DNA from: Obrimoposthia wandeli
Taxonomy: Eukaryota
Reading direction: 5' to 3'
DNA: 64,000 nt
NCBI GenBank assembly: GCA_977020255.1
Contig: CDROCS010000681.1
Location: 744,001 to 808,000, forward strand
Shown: positions 36,781 through 51,188 of the stretch, one piece after another
Numbering within the stretch: position 1 is the stretch's first letter
How the letters are laid out: each line of letters opens with the position of its first letter
Position numbers and translations under genes: made by a program
The notes under the pieces: model-generated
Seen by the model: the letters and a program-made list of their open reading frames with translations, nothing else
Told to the model about the DNA's origin: nothing
Database searches by the model: none

Positions 36781-39513
36781 TAAGTGTACATTGTACATGT
36801 TGTATAAAAGGAAGACATAAATGTTTCTTAGGCTTAATTGTTAATTGATTAAAATAAGAAATACTATTTTTATTTTCATTTATTTATGCTAAAAAATTAA
36901 AATATTTAAATGAGCTTTGTAATGAAATTGATCTCGAATAATATTTTAATCAAGATAATGAGAACGAACAAAGTATATTTATTATATCCACAATTCATAA
37001 GAACTTATTAATATTTATCAAATAATTAGTATACATATCGTAAATAAAACTAGTTTGTATTGATATATTCGACAGATATTTCTATTCTTTCCACAATAAA
37101 CAGAGAGAATCCAAATATGTTCTACCATAAATTAAAGATTTCAATTATTTTAAATATTTTAAATAATGGAACATTCAGGTCATGGTTTGGCAATTATAAT
37201 AGAATTAAATTTTCGGTTTCCATTTACAGTTTTACAGTTTTTGCTGGGCCTGGAGTGCTGTTAAATGAAATTAAAGCCATATTTTTCTTGATTGCTAAAA
37301 TATATCCTTTCTGTCGAGTACAATAAACTGTTGAGTACAGATATAAAATAACCATCCGATTTTACAAAACCATAAACCATGATACCACTATCTTGAATTG
37401 GTTCTTTTTACGGTTGATAATATCTTCATAAGATACCTAAATTAAAAATATTATGTGTCATATTAACACCAAATATATACTATTTATTTATCTAATATAT
37501 ATATATATTTAATTGTAAATATACTAAATAACAAAAAATTGAAGTAAATATCTTAAAATTCTTGTTATTTTTTCTCGACTACTTATAATAATATGTTATG
37601 AGTAACGCATTTTTTAAACCTAAAATAGAAATTTTGAATATTTCTTAAAATTAAATTATACGATGTATTATATTATAATTTATCTCTAAGATCTTTAGCA
37701 AAACCATCAGATTTTACGGCTTCCAAACACATCTTTACTAGAAAACAATTTACTGAAAATTAATGCTGCCCTATTTCATTAAAATACTGCTTCTCATAGA
37801 ATTTTTACTTGTGACTGCTTTATAGAAAACCTTAATAACGTCTGGCTGGATAATATCTTCTACTAAAATGTTCAAATAGTGGTTTTCTTTGATAGTAGGT
37901 TTAGATATATGGGATAAATATTGACGAGAATTTAATTCAAAATGACACTTCTTATCTATTGATGAGAATAATGTTCGAATGGATTCGTGATTTAAGTTAT
38001 AGAAAGGAATGTCAGATTTAAAAAGGCTTTATTTACTTCTTCAGTATACTTTGACGAAACTTTAAAAGGTTGAGTGGATTATTTTGTTGGAATCCAAACA
38101 TTTTAAATGATTTTCTCCTATTAAATTATTAGTAATTAAAATTATTAATAAAAATTAATTTACCACTTCTGTTACTTTGAACAAAGAATCATTTTCAATT
38201 GAGTTTTAATAATTCGCTATAAATTTCCATTTAGATTTCGATCTGAAAAATATCTTGGGAAACTAATAAATTTAATCTTTTTTCAGAAACATATTCAAAG
38301 TGCTTTATGACGTTGTGCCATATCATGTTGAAAAATACATTTGCAGTTTGGAAAAACTAAACACTTACCAATCGTTTCAAAATTTTCTAATATTGCTTTG
38401 TATTTTACAAATTTTTTGGTTTCTTTAATAAATTTTAAAATTCATATTCCATTAAAATTTGTATATCTCAACACAGGATTATGAGGTTTCTAAACCCATT
38501 GTTCACCCGGCCTTTTATCACCGAGGCTTGATATCACCTATGTATATTGCCACCTAAACTTTTGTCTTCAAAAATTTTAAATAAAAACTTTAAAACCGCA
38601 TTATTAAATTTGAATATTTTTTTAAAAAAAATGTATCTTACAATTAAAAATAAATTAATTTGAATAGTTATTTATTCGTCTTAAATTCAATACAATTAGA
38701 TATATACTTATAAATACATGCTTAATAAAATAAATATTATAGAAATCACAATATCCTTACAGTCCATACATTTTTTATTTTTAACAACTTAAATATAAAA
38801 CTATAAATAATAAGTCTTTAGTTGAAAAAGAGCGGACGGCAAATAACCGGTTACACTGAGCCGAATGGCAATAGGCATATTCCAAAATATGATATGTATG
38901 TTTCATTTGCAGGTTGAAGGGCAAGTTTCCAACAACAAAAAAATACCTGTGAATTACAAGTTTTCTGAATGTCTTGAAGTATTGAAAAATACATTAATCA
39001 CTAAATACAATCAAATAGCAAAATTGAATGTTTATTTTTGTAGAAAAATATGCTTTTTAATAGTTTTATAACATATAAAAAAATATTTTATCAAAATTAT
39101 CTGAACACTTCTGGTTGATAAAGTTATTTTAGCATATTTATTGTAAATACTACAATTTTTTGCAAGAATCAATCTGTCTTTTAAAGAACATCTTACAATA
39201 CTTTTGTTCATATTCGATACTTGCTGTACTTGGCCTACCACTTTGAGATTTAGCATTAATAATAATATTTTTATGATGCTTTTTACAATTTTCACTTATT
39301 AATCATTGATTTGATTCCAAGGGAGACCATGATTTTTAAAATCCTAAAATAACGAGAAAACAAACCAATTAAAGGAATTGGTATTTCATGATCAGTCTTT
39401 AATATGTTTAAAATATAAAAATACACTATAATTAAGGGTTACAAGGGTTTCGTCACATTCTGTAAATCGAAGACAATTCAAAGTTACCTCCTAACCTTAA
39501 CAGTTCAACGAAC

Positions 39514-40051
39514 CTGAGTGTGCTGAATTGCTGGATGTTTGATTGGACGGCATCAAAGTAAGGAGCCCGGTAGTATGGAACACATGGGAATTAACGAGGC
39601 AGAAGAAGGCCAGCATCAGCAAGACACAGTACTTGGCCCGGGTCGCGGTGGTATGAGCGACCGCCTTTAAGGGCATTGACACAACAATCATCCGCTCTAC
39701 AGTGACGGCCACAATGAGCCAAACTGCAAAGTGAGAAGAAGTGTTACCCACGAACGTCAGGCTTTTACAGGACATCCACGACCATGTGATGGGGTTGAAG
39801 CCGAACATATTATCCAACCAGGTTGGAGTTAGACTGATCACCAACACGGTCTGGTCGGCACAGGCTAACGACAGCAGATAGACGTACGTCGAGATGTGCT
39901 TCGTGTGTCGATACAGCACAATTAGCACCATCATGTTGCCGAATGAACCGATCAGCAAAAGCAGCGGTGGATAGATCACGCTGATATACTTGTACTGCCG
40001 GTACGCCGAGTAGTTGCGGAATGTTTCTCTGGAGGTATTGTCCAGATACAT
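39514..40051 (-). CDS. Rhodopsin-family peptide-receptor-like GPCR, 5' coding exon (TM1-TM4)
   Basis: N-glycosylation sequons NTS and NYS; TM1 IGSFGN, TM2 LSLACAD, TM3 C...VTVERMIVV (DRY-equivalent). Phase-1 donors after 39514 or 39502 join in frame to the 31.4 kb exon. An upstream coding exon cannot be excluded. Confidence 0.9.
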
Positions 40052-40163
40052 CGAGAGTCTGCACTTCTGCTCTGTTTCTTTTCCCCCTGGAATGTCACAT
40101 TAAATCCGCTATAGTTTCAGGAATTAATTAATTTGGTTATTAATTCTAAAATTGTGTTGAAGT

Positions 40164-41030
40164 CAGTGGTTCCCAACTCACCTTGACTCGTTAATTCTCC
40201 GATCGCGTTTAGAATAGACAATCATGCCTATTTGTTATATTACATACTTATTACGCAATTACTACTAAGACTAACATAAACGAAAGAAGATCAATATCAG
40301 AATTCCTTAATGAATAATTATTATAAAAAACACAATAAAAATACAAATGTATTTAATGAGTACTGTAAATATCTCTGCGAAACAAGTGCGCTAAAGTTTG
40401 GAACTGTTTCTGACATTACATTGCAAAGATCTGTCTTCACATCCAGCCGGTTTTGACATTTAGATTTCATGATAAGCAGAACAGAAGAAGCTGTTTCCGA
40501 CATATAAAAAATAAAATGATGAAAATGGAAGAAGTTTTACAAATGTTTCTATTGTTAGTCGATAGTACGATTGATTAATGGACATCAAAAAGCTTTTCAG
40601 ACTCACCGAAAAAATCATAAGCTCCATAGTCATTCTTCAAATATTTCCATTCTTATTAGAGTTCTGTATTTATCTCTTGTAGCAGTCAAATGATCTTCTG
40701 GTGGATTGATTTCGGGAAAATAAGGTATTAACTTGCTATGAAGTCTGTGGAGATATTCATCAATTATATACTTCTGTGTGAATTTAGCATCTAGATCGTT
40801 TTTACAATCAATTGATTTTGACACATAGAATCTACAAATGACTTGATTGCACTCGATTGATTGCAAATGATTGTCTCAACTCCATGTAACGGTAGGTTGA
40901 GTTTGTTAAGAGCTGTAAAATGTCCACCAGGTATGCAATAACAATTTCAAATTTTTGTATGATTGCAGCATATTCTTTCTTTCCAGCAATACGATACATG
41001 ACTTTTCCGGTTGACATTCAATACATGACG
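40164..41030 (-). mobile_element. Buster/Charlie-type hAT transposon remnant with one TIR
   Basis: IAYLVDI..NKLNLPLHG and SETASSVLLIMKSKCQNRLDVKTDL...PNFSALV match the Buster C-terminal region. CAGTGGTTCCCAAC at 40164 resembles the Charlie/Buster TIR. The other TIR was not found. Confidence 0.78.
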
Positions 41031-43085
41031 GTGTAAAATAACAAATTTTGAAACTTAGCTTCTCTATCCTAATTAAAATTTTCTGAAGAGACGAGTGTTC
41101 AGTGTCGATGTCTTTATGTAATTAACTATTTCATTTAATGTCTTGAAGAACACTTTTTAACGCTTTAAAGTTTTAAAAATCCACTCATTTAGTTTATTTA
41201 ATTGTAAATTTATCTTAATATCCAGTTTTTTAGTTCATTCCATACAAACACCTCTTGACTGAGTCGCATACATCCCTTGTTTAATAAAAGCCCTAGTTAA
41301 AAAAACCAATCGCAAATGACGATGTCATGTACTCTAAAAAAATAATGTGTCTAATGAGTTGTAAGTGGTATTTGGTAGGAGTGTACCTCTTTAACTGAAT
41401 CATTAGATATCTACTTTCACGAGTAACTTGTTCTTGTAATTGGTTTTCATTGTAACCTCAGAAAGACAGCCATCAGCTGTTACAAGTCTAAACAAAGAAT
41501 TACCTTAAATTTTCTTATATAACTGCAGTTTACGCAAATAAGCTATACTTGTCCTACATATATTTAATAAAGAAGTATACCCATATGCATATACACTATA
41601 AAGTATTAGAAAAACATAACATGAGTACAACATGCATAATAAGGTTAGTAAAGAGAGAAATTAGTACAAATGCCTTGTGGATTTTAACATTTTAATATTT
41701 AACACATTTACTTTTTTAAATTATATACATAACTTATATTTATAAAATGACACTATTTATGCATATATTTATATAAAAACAATTCTTACATGTCTATAGA
41801 TCTGCAAAATATTTCTCATGGATCTCCTTTGAAGAATTAAGTGAAGATGTTATTAACAAATACTTTATGTAACTCTATACAGAGTTAATTGGAAAAAAGC
41901 CCAAAGAAAAGCTGAATCGAAAGACTTTGCATGCCAAATAATATTTCAATGTCTGCCAATCTAACGTCTGGCTGAACTTCATTTAACCGTTTTTTCTTAA
42001 CAGATTTTGCTGTACAATCTGCATATTAAATTGCTAATAACATTGGCGTACAAAACAAATATTAACTTATGTTTTATGAGACCACATAGGGTACCTTAAC
42101 ATATTTATCTACCCTAAATTCAAGATTGTAACTAATTATTTATTGCATTTGTATTTTCTTAAACTGACAAAATAAATTACAAATAAACATATATGTAAAA
42201 CCAAAAAAAATACAATAGAGAAAGTCTGCAATACGTAACAATATCAAACTAAATACCCTCCTCCAAAACACACCCTATTGCATTAAAAAAATCTTTAAAA
42301 AAATCCTCACTTAAAAATGAAAATTAGAAAGATTTTTCTGTAAAATTAAATCATTTATATTAGCGTTATTATTTGAATTAATGTAAATAATATTTTCATA
42401 TTTTGGTTTTTTAATCCAGTATTTTTTAAATTTTCCTGGTCTTCAAGAACTTTCATAAACAAAAATACAATAGAAATGTAATCGTAATTTACAAAATTAA
42501 AAAATTAACAATGATACACTTATAATTTTGAAACTGTCAGCCTAAAACAAAGCACTTTACTACCAATTTAACAAATTTATATTATCGTAATAAATTAATT
42601 TATTTATATTGAGAAAAAAAATGTGACATAATTGAATATGTTTACTTACAGAAATATATCTGATTAGTAAAAATTCATAACTACACAAGATAGAGAATTA
42701 AAATCTTATAAGGATAATGAAAGACACAGAAAACCTATAAATCAACAAGTTTTAATCAATTAATTTAATTTTAGGGAAATTTCTTTCTGCATTTCATGTT
42801 TTATGCAAATATATATTTTTCATTCAAGTTGAATGATAAGTTTTATAAGCAAATTGGTAAATATGGATTAAATTCTATAGTTCTATATTACTACTTCTGA
42901 ATTGACATCAATTTCCAAAAACTTTCCATATAAATGAAAAGTTCAAAATCGATTTAAAATTTGACAGATTTGTTTTATCTTTTTTTCTGACTTTGAGTAA
43001 TGGTTTTTAATGTTAAATTTGAACTTTCTGAGAAATAACCCCTAATTATTGACAAGTGCTATTTTATTATCAACAATTAAGAATA

Positions 43086-44560
43086 TTTCGAGGTTTTCTA
43101 TTGAAATTTAGAATCCTTGTATGGAGGCCCCCAAATGTGAGTTCTGTAGCGATATGCCTTGCAGATGGATATGATCTTCCTATCTTAGTCTCTGAAGGTT
43201 TTGGTGCTGTGTCAAAGAGTCTGTGTCCAGGATAATGGGATGGTCCCTAAAACTATTATTGTGTTGTGTAGGACTAAGTTAATAAGCTGGCTAGTCCAAA
43301 TTGGATTTTAATTCATAAATGGTCTGGCAAAACACAGAGTAGGAATAGCAAAATAAGCCGAAATCAATCGAAGGTGTCTATAATATTCTGAATGGACTAG
43401 GGCTTAGATTACCGTTTTGTTGGTTAACTCTCGGCCCAAGAGGTGGTTCCTGGCTCTCTAAACTAGCGATGTTTCGACACTTGTTGTGATACCAAAACGG
43501 GTTTTTTAAAAGGCTTAATCGTTTAGTCTTGAAATGATTTATTTCTATACTAAACTTTGATATTTAACAGAAAACGTTTACACTTTTTAAAATCGTAAGG
43601 GTGCCACTTCCTACTCTTTAATAGACTAACATATTTGTATTTTTCTCTGACAATTAACCGATCAATTCACTAAATTTTACGGACGTATAACTATTGAGTC
43701 TACGTCAACGATAGCTTTCACTAAACTATTCAAATTATAGCTTTACTTAAAAATCAATTAAATTACACATGGATTTTACTTAAAATCAATTATATTTCAC
43801 TTTAACTTTACTTCACATGTAAATCCGCAAGTATGTATTGTGCAATCATTATTCTAAATGTTTCATCTAAAATTTGTGTCCCTAAAAATTGTGCTCCTAA
43901 CTATTTGTGTTTAAACAATGCGAAAAACAATGCGGATAGTTTAGTCACTACCGATTCGGTGACCAATCCCGAGGTAGGACAATTGATCGATTTATGCTGA
44001 CAGTCATAATAATTGTCGGCGCACTGTAATGCGCTATAGAGAAGATGTCGAGACGAAAATTGCTAGTTAAGGTCTGATGACTCGTTTGCTGAACGATCTG
44101 CATCCCCGATCCAATCAAGCATCTACTAGTCTGGATGTCGGTTATTATTGACCCGTCGACCAAATCTCGAGGTTGGATAATTGGTCGATACCGTATGCGA
44201 CTGTGACTTCCCGTCACCAGATAATGACCTACCTACCGGCTTCGACAGGACTACTATTATTAGGCCCCAATATAATAGTAGTCAAATATTCATATAAAAG
44301 TATTGTCTGTAATATCATCTACAATAAAACGATGGGGTCAAATTGGATTCATGTGATCTTCTTTAATCACTTTTGAAGTCGGATGTGAAATTCAGGTGTG
44401 AGTGTAAACGGATATAGTTAATGAAAATACTGTCGCGGTCATAATATGCCATTTTTAGGTGAAGTTGAGAAAAAAAGTATAGTATGTGTAGTATACATGA
44501 GTAGTTGGATAAGTGAGAGGAAGTATGTGTGTGTATATGGATATAGTTAATGTTAGATAG
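43086..44560 (-). mobile_element. Non-coding dispersed element, member of the three-way-junction family
   Basis: 43086-43320 aligns with 7131-7330. GC-rich block 43950-44260 shares motifs with 7400-7520. The distal boundary is approximate. Confidence 0.55.
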
Positions 44561-47500
44561 CATAAATGTTAATTTAATTATACTTTTTATTAAGATTATA
44601 TTTAATTATAATAAATTAATAACATTTAAAAAATGAGATTGTTTTTAAAAATATTTTTGATATTTTTTAACACAATAAACTAAATAAAAATTCAAAGTAA
44701 CATTTATTTAATCAAAATTGATTCAAGTTTTTCAACTCCTTTCAAAATTCTTTCTGAATATAATTTGTAAAGCGCTTTATGTCATTTCCAGTTAACTTTG
44801 CAAATTTTCAACGTCTTCATAATTAGATGTATTTATGTAAATTATATTTGATAATATTCTCTAATCATTTTATATAATATTCAGATATGAGGACTTAAAT
44901 GTCTCAGATGTATAAGCAGTATAAGTTTCATCTAACCAAGATAGAGTATATTTAGTATCAAGTGGACTATTTTAGCATGCTTATTTAGCACTTATTTAGC
45001 ATGCTTTCATTTATCTTAATTTGCTCCGTAAGATCCTTACTTAGATTTCTATCAATGAATGGTATTTCTATCGATTATAAAATTTGATATCATGATTAAA
45101 TCATTACAACTTCTGTGAAGCTATTCTTTTCAGAAATTAAATTTTGCATCTTTCATCGTATCAATAACAATTATATCCATTTTAAAACATTATTTCTTCC
45201 AATAAATTGGTCTTCTAAAAGTATATTTGAAAAATCTGATCTTGATCATTTGTAATTTGTTGTTTTTGACTTTTATTTATTTTTCTTTACATCTACATTT
45301 TTAAAAAATATTTTGTTTAATGATTTGGCGCATCAAGACATTTTCTAACTATTTTAAGGTTTTTTAAAAATAAATTATGATATAGATTTTCCTTTTTCAT
45401 GCATTTTCAAAATTGCAAATATTTCTTTTTGCTTTAAACATTTAGTTATAAACATAAACCTATAAACGTATGTTATAAAATATACTTTATAAATTATATT
45501 ACATGCTATTATATAATCGATATCAATATAAAGAAATGTTTAAATAAATTATTAGTTAAATATTTTGGAAAACATTTGAATTCTTACATATCTTTTTCTT
45601 TTTTATCTTCATAATTTTTCCTATTTAGTTTTACATCCCTTCGCTCTTTCACAAATTAAAATAATCGTTAATTCTATGTTTTGGCTTTTTAATAGAAAGA
45701 TATAAAAACCCTTAAAAAATCGAAACATATCATATTTGACTGGATAATTTATAAAAAAAACAGATTTTCTAATGAAGAATTTTATTAGTCAATATTTTAG
45801 AATATATTTCCTGAGACATACATACTTAATTTGATAGAAAGAAAAGAATGGCTCGTAAAGATTTATCATCCTTAAAATTATGAAATAAACTATTAGGAAA
45901 GAAATGTACATTTTCATATTTCATATTAAGTTTTTTAAATTCTATTTTACATACATAAAACTTTAGGAATATGATTACTTCTACTAATTTTATCTTCATT
46001 GTAAAATATTTCTCCACACTATATCCGGTACATTTAAAGAATAAATATACATTTACAAATCAGATAAATTTGGTAGCATACATAAGAAAATTACCCTTTT
46101 TAGCTAGTGATAATGATAATATATTAAAACTTAAATCAAACTTAATACTATAAATATTTATTGCCGTAAGAAAAATTTAGGGCAAATAGATTTTCTATTT
46201 ACATAAATTATAGAATTTGGGCATTAAATTTCCTTTTTTTGAAATTTAAATGATTCTAAAGTGACAACAAATTTTTAAAATGTGAATAAAAATCTCAGTT
46301 TAATGCAAAGTAGCAATACTGAAAGAGATAAAAATGATATGAAGATAAAATTTCTTCCCTTTTTAATGGCTTGATATTTTTATTATTGCCGTACCTAATT
46401 TATGAATGATCAATGTATTTATATATTTATATCATTTTCAGTAGAATGTAAGAGCAATCGAACTTAGATTCTTATCTGAAAGAAATCAAAATAATTTTAT
46501 CATTGTAAATAAAGATAATTTGGTATTTCATTTATGTATTCATGTTTAAAATCTATTTTTTCTTAGTTAGTCAACGATATTGAATAAAATTTTCAATCAT
46601 CTATTTCCTTATTTTTTGAAACATTTTTATCTGTGATATTGTTTCAAATTCTGATTTATAAATTACATTTCTTTATAATACATTTCAATTTTTTTTCTAA
46701 ATCTCTCATTTAATAAATAATAATTAATGACATATTTATAGAAAAATATCACCTAAATTATGAAGATTTTTAATTTACAATTTAACTCCTCATTTTATTT
46801 GTTGGAAAGTTTATAATTGTTTTATAAAAGTATTGTAAATTCAAAGTATATATTCATACCATATGAGTAACATAATATAACTACTTAACAAAATTTTAAC
46901 GAAAAATTTCCAAAATATTTTTAAACATTTAATATTTATATCGTAATTTTTGTGAAAAAGCTTAAAAACATTTAAAAAACATTCAAGTAATTGAGGCAAA
47001 ATGAATATTTTTGGTATATATATATTGGTAAATCAGATATGTTGGAAGCTGAGACAAAAAATTTAAAGTTTTAATTTTTTCCCTTGTACTCTTTTGAAAG
47101 ATAACGTTTTGTTAAGCAAGATTAAGAATTTTGATCATAAACACTTTTGCGGTCTTTGGACTCCTTTTAAGTCTTAATAATCGCCATAATTGAGAGGTCG
47201 TCGTGGCTATTTAATAGGGGGTTTATTGAGAAACTTTGGATACAATTTAGTGTAAAACACCTGTGCTCTGCTCGATCCGTCGCGAATGGTGTTGTGCGAG
47301 CGGTCTTCGAGATGACGCAGAGATTTGGGAAGGTATGCTGAACCTCAAATAATTCACTGGCAGATATGTTAAAGAAATATAAAAAACTGCTATTTTATAT
47401 AATATCAAACTCATCTCATCATATAAATTGAAATTCATATCTTTAAAAAAATTAGTTTAAATATGTATTATACATGTCGATTTAATTGACAAAACGATGT

Positions 47501-47865
47501 TTGCTGTTTTATTAAGTTTGTTATAAATTTCAACAGTTTATTAAAATAAATGTACATTCACTTAAAACACAATTTTTTTAAAATCACCATATATTTTTAT
47601 CTGTGACCTCAAATCTTTTTATTATTGCGCTCCTGTAAAAACTAACTAGCTTATTTTGCCTATATATTAAATGAAACAAAAAATGCAAAAAAAACAACTT
47701 TGTTAAGCTTTTCACAAATTTATATCAACATTTTACTTTTTCCGTTATTTTTGTAATTTTTTTAAACAATAATTTCTTCAGTAATTTAATCTCTTACAGG
47801 CTTTTTAGACATCGTATCGAGTCCGATGTTAAATTAAAGTGTTACTGCGGTAAATGATTACTTAC

Positions 47866-48170
47866 TATTTAGCGTTGCTGGCAGTACGAGAACAGCTGAC
47901 GATACTTGAAGTCTTGTGACAGAAAATGAGTGAGAGAGAAGACGAGGCAGTAGTGACAACGATAGAATGTGAAAGGGCCAAGTAAAAGTGACAGAGGTAC
48001 GGTGTTAGGTTGGCCAACAGTAGTCCTCATTGGCAGATCCCAATTGGAAATTACGACGTACACACCTTCTACAATTAGACACCCGAAACTTTGGAGACTA
48101 TTTCTCTCTGAAACTGGCTTGTCTGTGTACATGTGTGACCTTCATATGAGAACCAATCAGAGCACAGTAA
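47866..48170 (-). promoter_or_regulatory. Candidate promoter and first non-coding exon, possibly of the GPCR
   Basis: GC-richer island with several CCAAT/ATTGG boxes (~48027-48160), a pyrimidine-rich initiator-like stretch near 47940, and a consensus GTAAGT donor at 47865-47860 on the minus strand. The link to the GPCR is inferred only. Confidence 0.3.
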
Positions 48171-51100
48171 TACACAAACTCGAATTAATGAAATTTCATT
48201 ATTTCGGAGAAGGTTTAAGGATGTCTCAGGTGTAAAACAATATCAGAAATATTTAAATTGTAAAGGATAAAAAATGCATTTATTGACACAAATATATAAA
48301 TTAAAATGAGTTCCTTAAATAAAGTAGTGTTCTATTTATTTTCATATTTTACTTTAAATGTATTAAATTAGTTTAAAATTATCTTGGGCTTTAATAACAT
48401 AAGTTGCAAATAGCAAAAAAAACTTCAAGTTTCATGAGGCCAATAATTTTCAAAGAGATGCTTCAATTCGTATTAGTCAGGTATCGATTAAAATCAGATG
48501 TTAACATTACTCTCAATCTCCTAATATTTAATAAGAGCTAGCTAGGAATTTAAACAAAATTTAAAATAAAGTAAACTTTTAGCATTTTTTTGTATTTAAA
48601 AATTTAACGGTTAAATAAGAAAATTTGTGGAGATATCATCTTTAATTTAAAAATATAAATGAAATTGTTTGAAAAAAATGACAAATATAATAAAAATGAA
48701 ATAAATTAAAATTAAAAAATAATACAAAATAATAATTATTAATTAAAATATATAATGATAATTAATTGCTGATTAAGCCAATTTGCTTAATATGCAATCA
48801 ATTTAAATGAGCCAATTAAAGGCCAAATTATTTTACGGATTTTGTTAGTAGTATAAAGTGCTTTGTTAGTAGTATAAAGTGACGACTCTGAAACCTGAAA
48901 AATATTTTGAAAACTTTATCAGAAATGAATTGATGTTTATAAATTGATGTTTAAAAAAGGAGGGGGAAATCAACATATTATGAACAAATTAGTAAAGTAA
49001 TAGTTTCAGCTTTTTTAATTATAATTATAACTGGTTTTGAATTATTTTGAATATCATAGTGACACAAATATATTCAAATTCAAATTTTGAAAATACGCCT
49101 AACAATTTTATCATTATAAAATTTCAAAAATTATATTTAGAATAATATATTTTATAAAGTCGTACTATCTCAATTTATTTAATAAAAATAACAACCCAAA
49201 AGTTAAGAAAAGTTACCTATTTCGAAAAATAGGGCCAGACTTGATAAAGAATCTTTTACAAATCATATATCATATATCATATTGTGGATTCAAATTTTTC
49301 AGAATACACTTACGCATATTCATGGCGTAACATATTGACATTTGTCACTGCTACTTTATAATCTAAGCATAGAATAATTTTATTATAACTATAATTGGTT
49401 TTCACTAATCATTTACTTATTTTATATATAATTATATATATAAAAATCAATATAATTTTATAATTTTAAAATTAATAAACATATTTTTGTTGTAATTATG
49501 GGATTTATTTCTATTGTTTTTTTTTGTTACAAAAATTTTAAAAATACATTATTATTCAAAAAAAAATAATATAAGAATTAATTTAACAATGCCCCTGTTT
49601 TAAACTTTTATAATGAATGCATATAAATTTATATTCTACTTTATTTAAAATTTATTAAACAATATTTAGCCTTAACAAATTAATTATTTGAAAATTACAT
49701 TTAAATATAATAAACATTTGTTCAAGATCTAGATCTGAATAACTATTTCTAAAGTTACAAATTTTCGTGTGGTGTTTTAATTATGAGATTATATCGATTG
49801 ATTAATTTTGGATTATTAATGTAATAGAAAGTAGTATTAATTATTTTTCCTATATTTGGATGTTTATTAAAATCTTTTGTAAATATATTTTCTTTTAAAA
49901 AAGTTTTTTCTGAAAAATAATTTTCATCGTTATGCAACTGGATCAACTATTAAATGATTACAAAGTAATATATTTATTTGTCATTGAATTTAAGTCAACG
50001 AACTTTTCCATGAAATATTCGAGACACGTAAATTTCAACAATTTCAACGTATCAATTTTTACAGTGTAGAGAAAAAAACTGACATTACTTTTGAAACAAA
50101 CTTGCAAGTTTCAGTTTAAAACAAATGAAAAATCAAACTAAACATAAATTCGTTTTTAAAGGGTTTCTCAGTGTAATTATTTTATTTTAAAATAATTACA
50201 ATTTAATAAAAACGAATATCAATCAGAAATATTAAAAAAAACAATGGAAATAAGTTTTTTAATGGGTTCATTTTCCAGTCTAAGCACTTTAATTAATTAA
50301 CTTCTAATACATTGCCACTAGCACAGATCTAGGCAAGCTTAATTTCACCGGCACCAAATAGAAAATGTTGCTGATTCATTGGAAACTGGAGACTGAATTC
50401 AGTATGGATATGTATATGGTTAGAATGACTGCATGATCATGACCTTAAAGTTACAGCAGATTATCAACTTCATTAACTTCATTTTAATTTAGTTTCAATT
50501 ACTAATGGTACATAAATCGTTCTAATGAAAGTTTTCAAAATCATAAAATTGAAAAGAAAAAATCTAATTATTTTTACATTTATTACAATTTTGCCAATAC
50601 ATGTATTGCTGATTGACATATTTAATGAATTTTTTGGTAAATTTAGGTGCTAGCAAATCATGTAAAATTTTAGAAATCAATAGAAAACTTTTAATAATGA
50701 TAAATTATTAAAAAATCTATAAAAATCCCACGAAATTTATAGATATTTAACAAACTTACCTCTTCTACCCAACATAATAATTAAATTTATAAAGACAAAA
50801 TTATTTTATTTACATAATTTAAAAAATATTTATTTTGATCTCACTTTACATCGGCTGATGTAGTAGAAGTTATTTCACTTCTGTGGGCATATTTTACTGA
50901 TTCTGATTTCTGCACCATGCATCTAATGTTGCATCCTTGAATTTGATGAATTCTGAACTCACAAAATAAAAGTGTGCTTGATTGTGTCGTATTTTGATTA
51001 TTCTTATTTAAATGCTCCAATTCGAAGTTGTTTATTTAAACAGAAAGTCAAAATGCATTTATAAAGGATGAAAATTTATATTTATTTAAAACATATTTTT

Positions 51101-51188
51101 ATGAAAATGTCTTTGGATGTTTAACAGCATGTATAGTAGTCTATTGGCAGAGATCAAATGTTATGTTCCTTTTATTCTCAGTGCATGA

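Noticed and set aside
37000-38600. Possible decayed CR1/L2/Jockey LINE (FGFQQN, FAKDL, DSGI fragments)
   Set aside because: The motifs are short, in different frames and not diagnostic.
44041-44100. CTGATGA near GAAA as a permuted hammerhead
   Set aside because: Stems I-III cannot be formed consistently.
44640-45420. Possible pogo/Tigger HTH remnant
   Set aside because: Only a vague N-terminal resemblance; no catalytic motifs.
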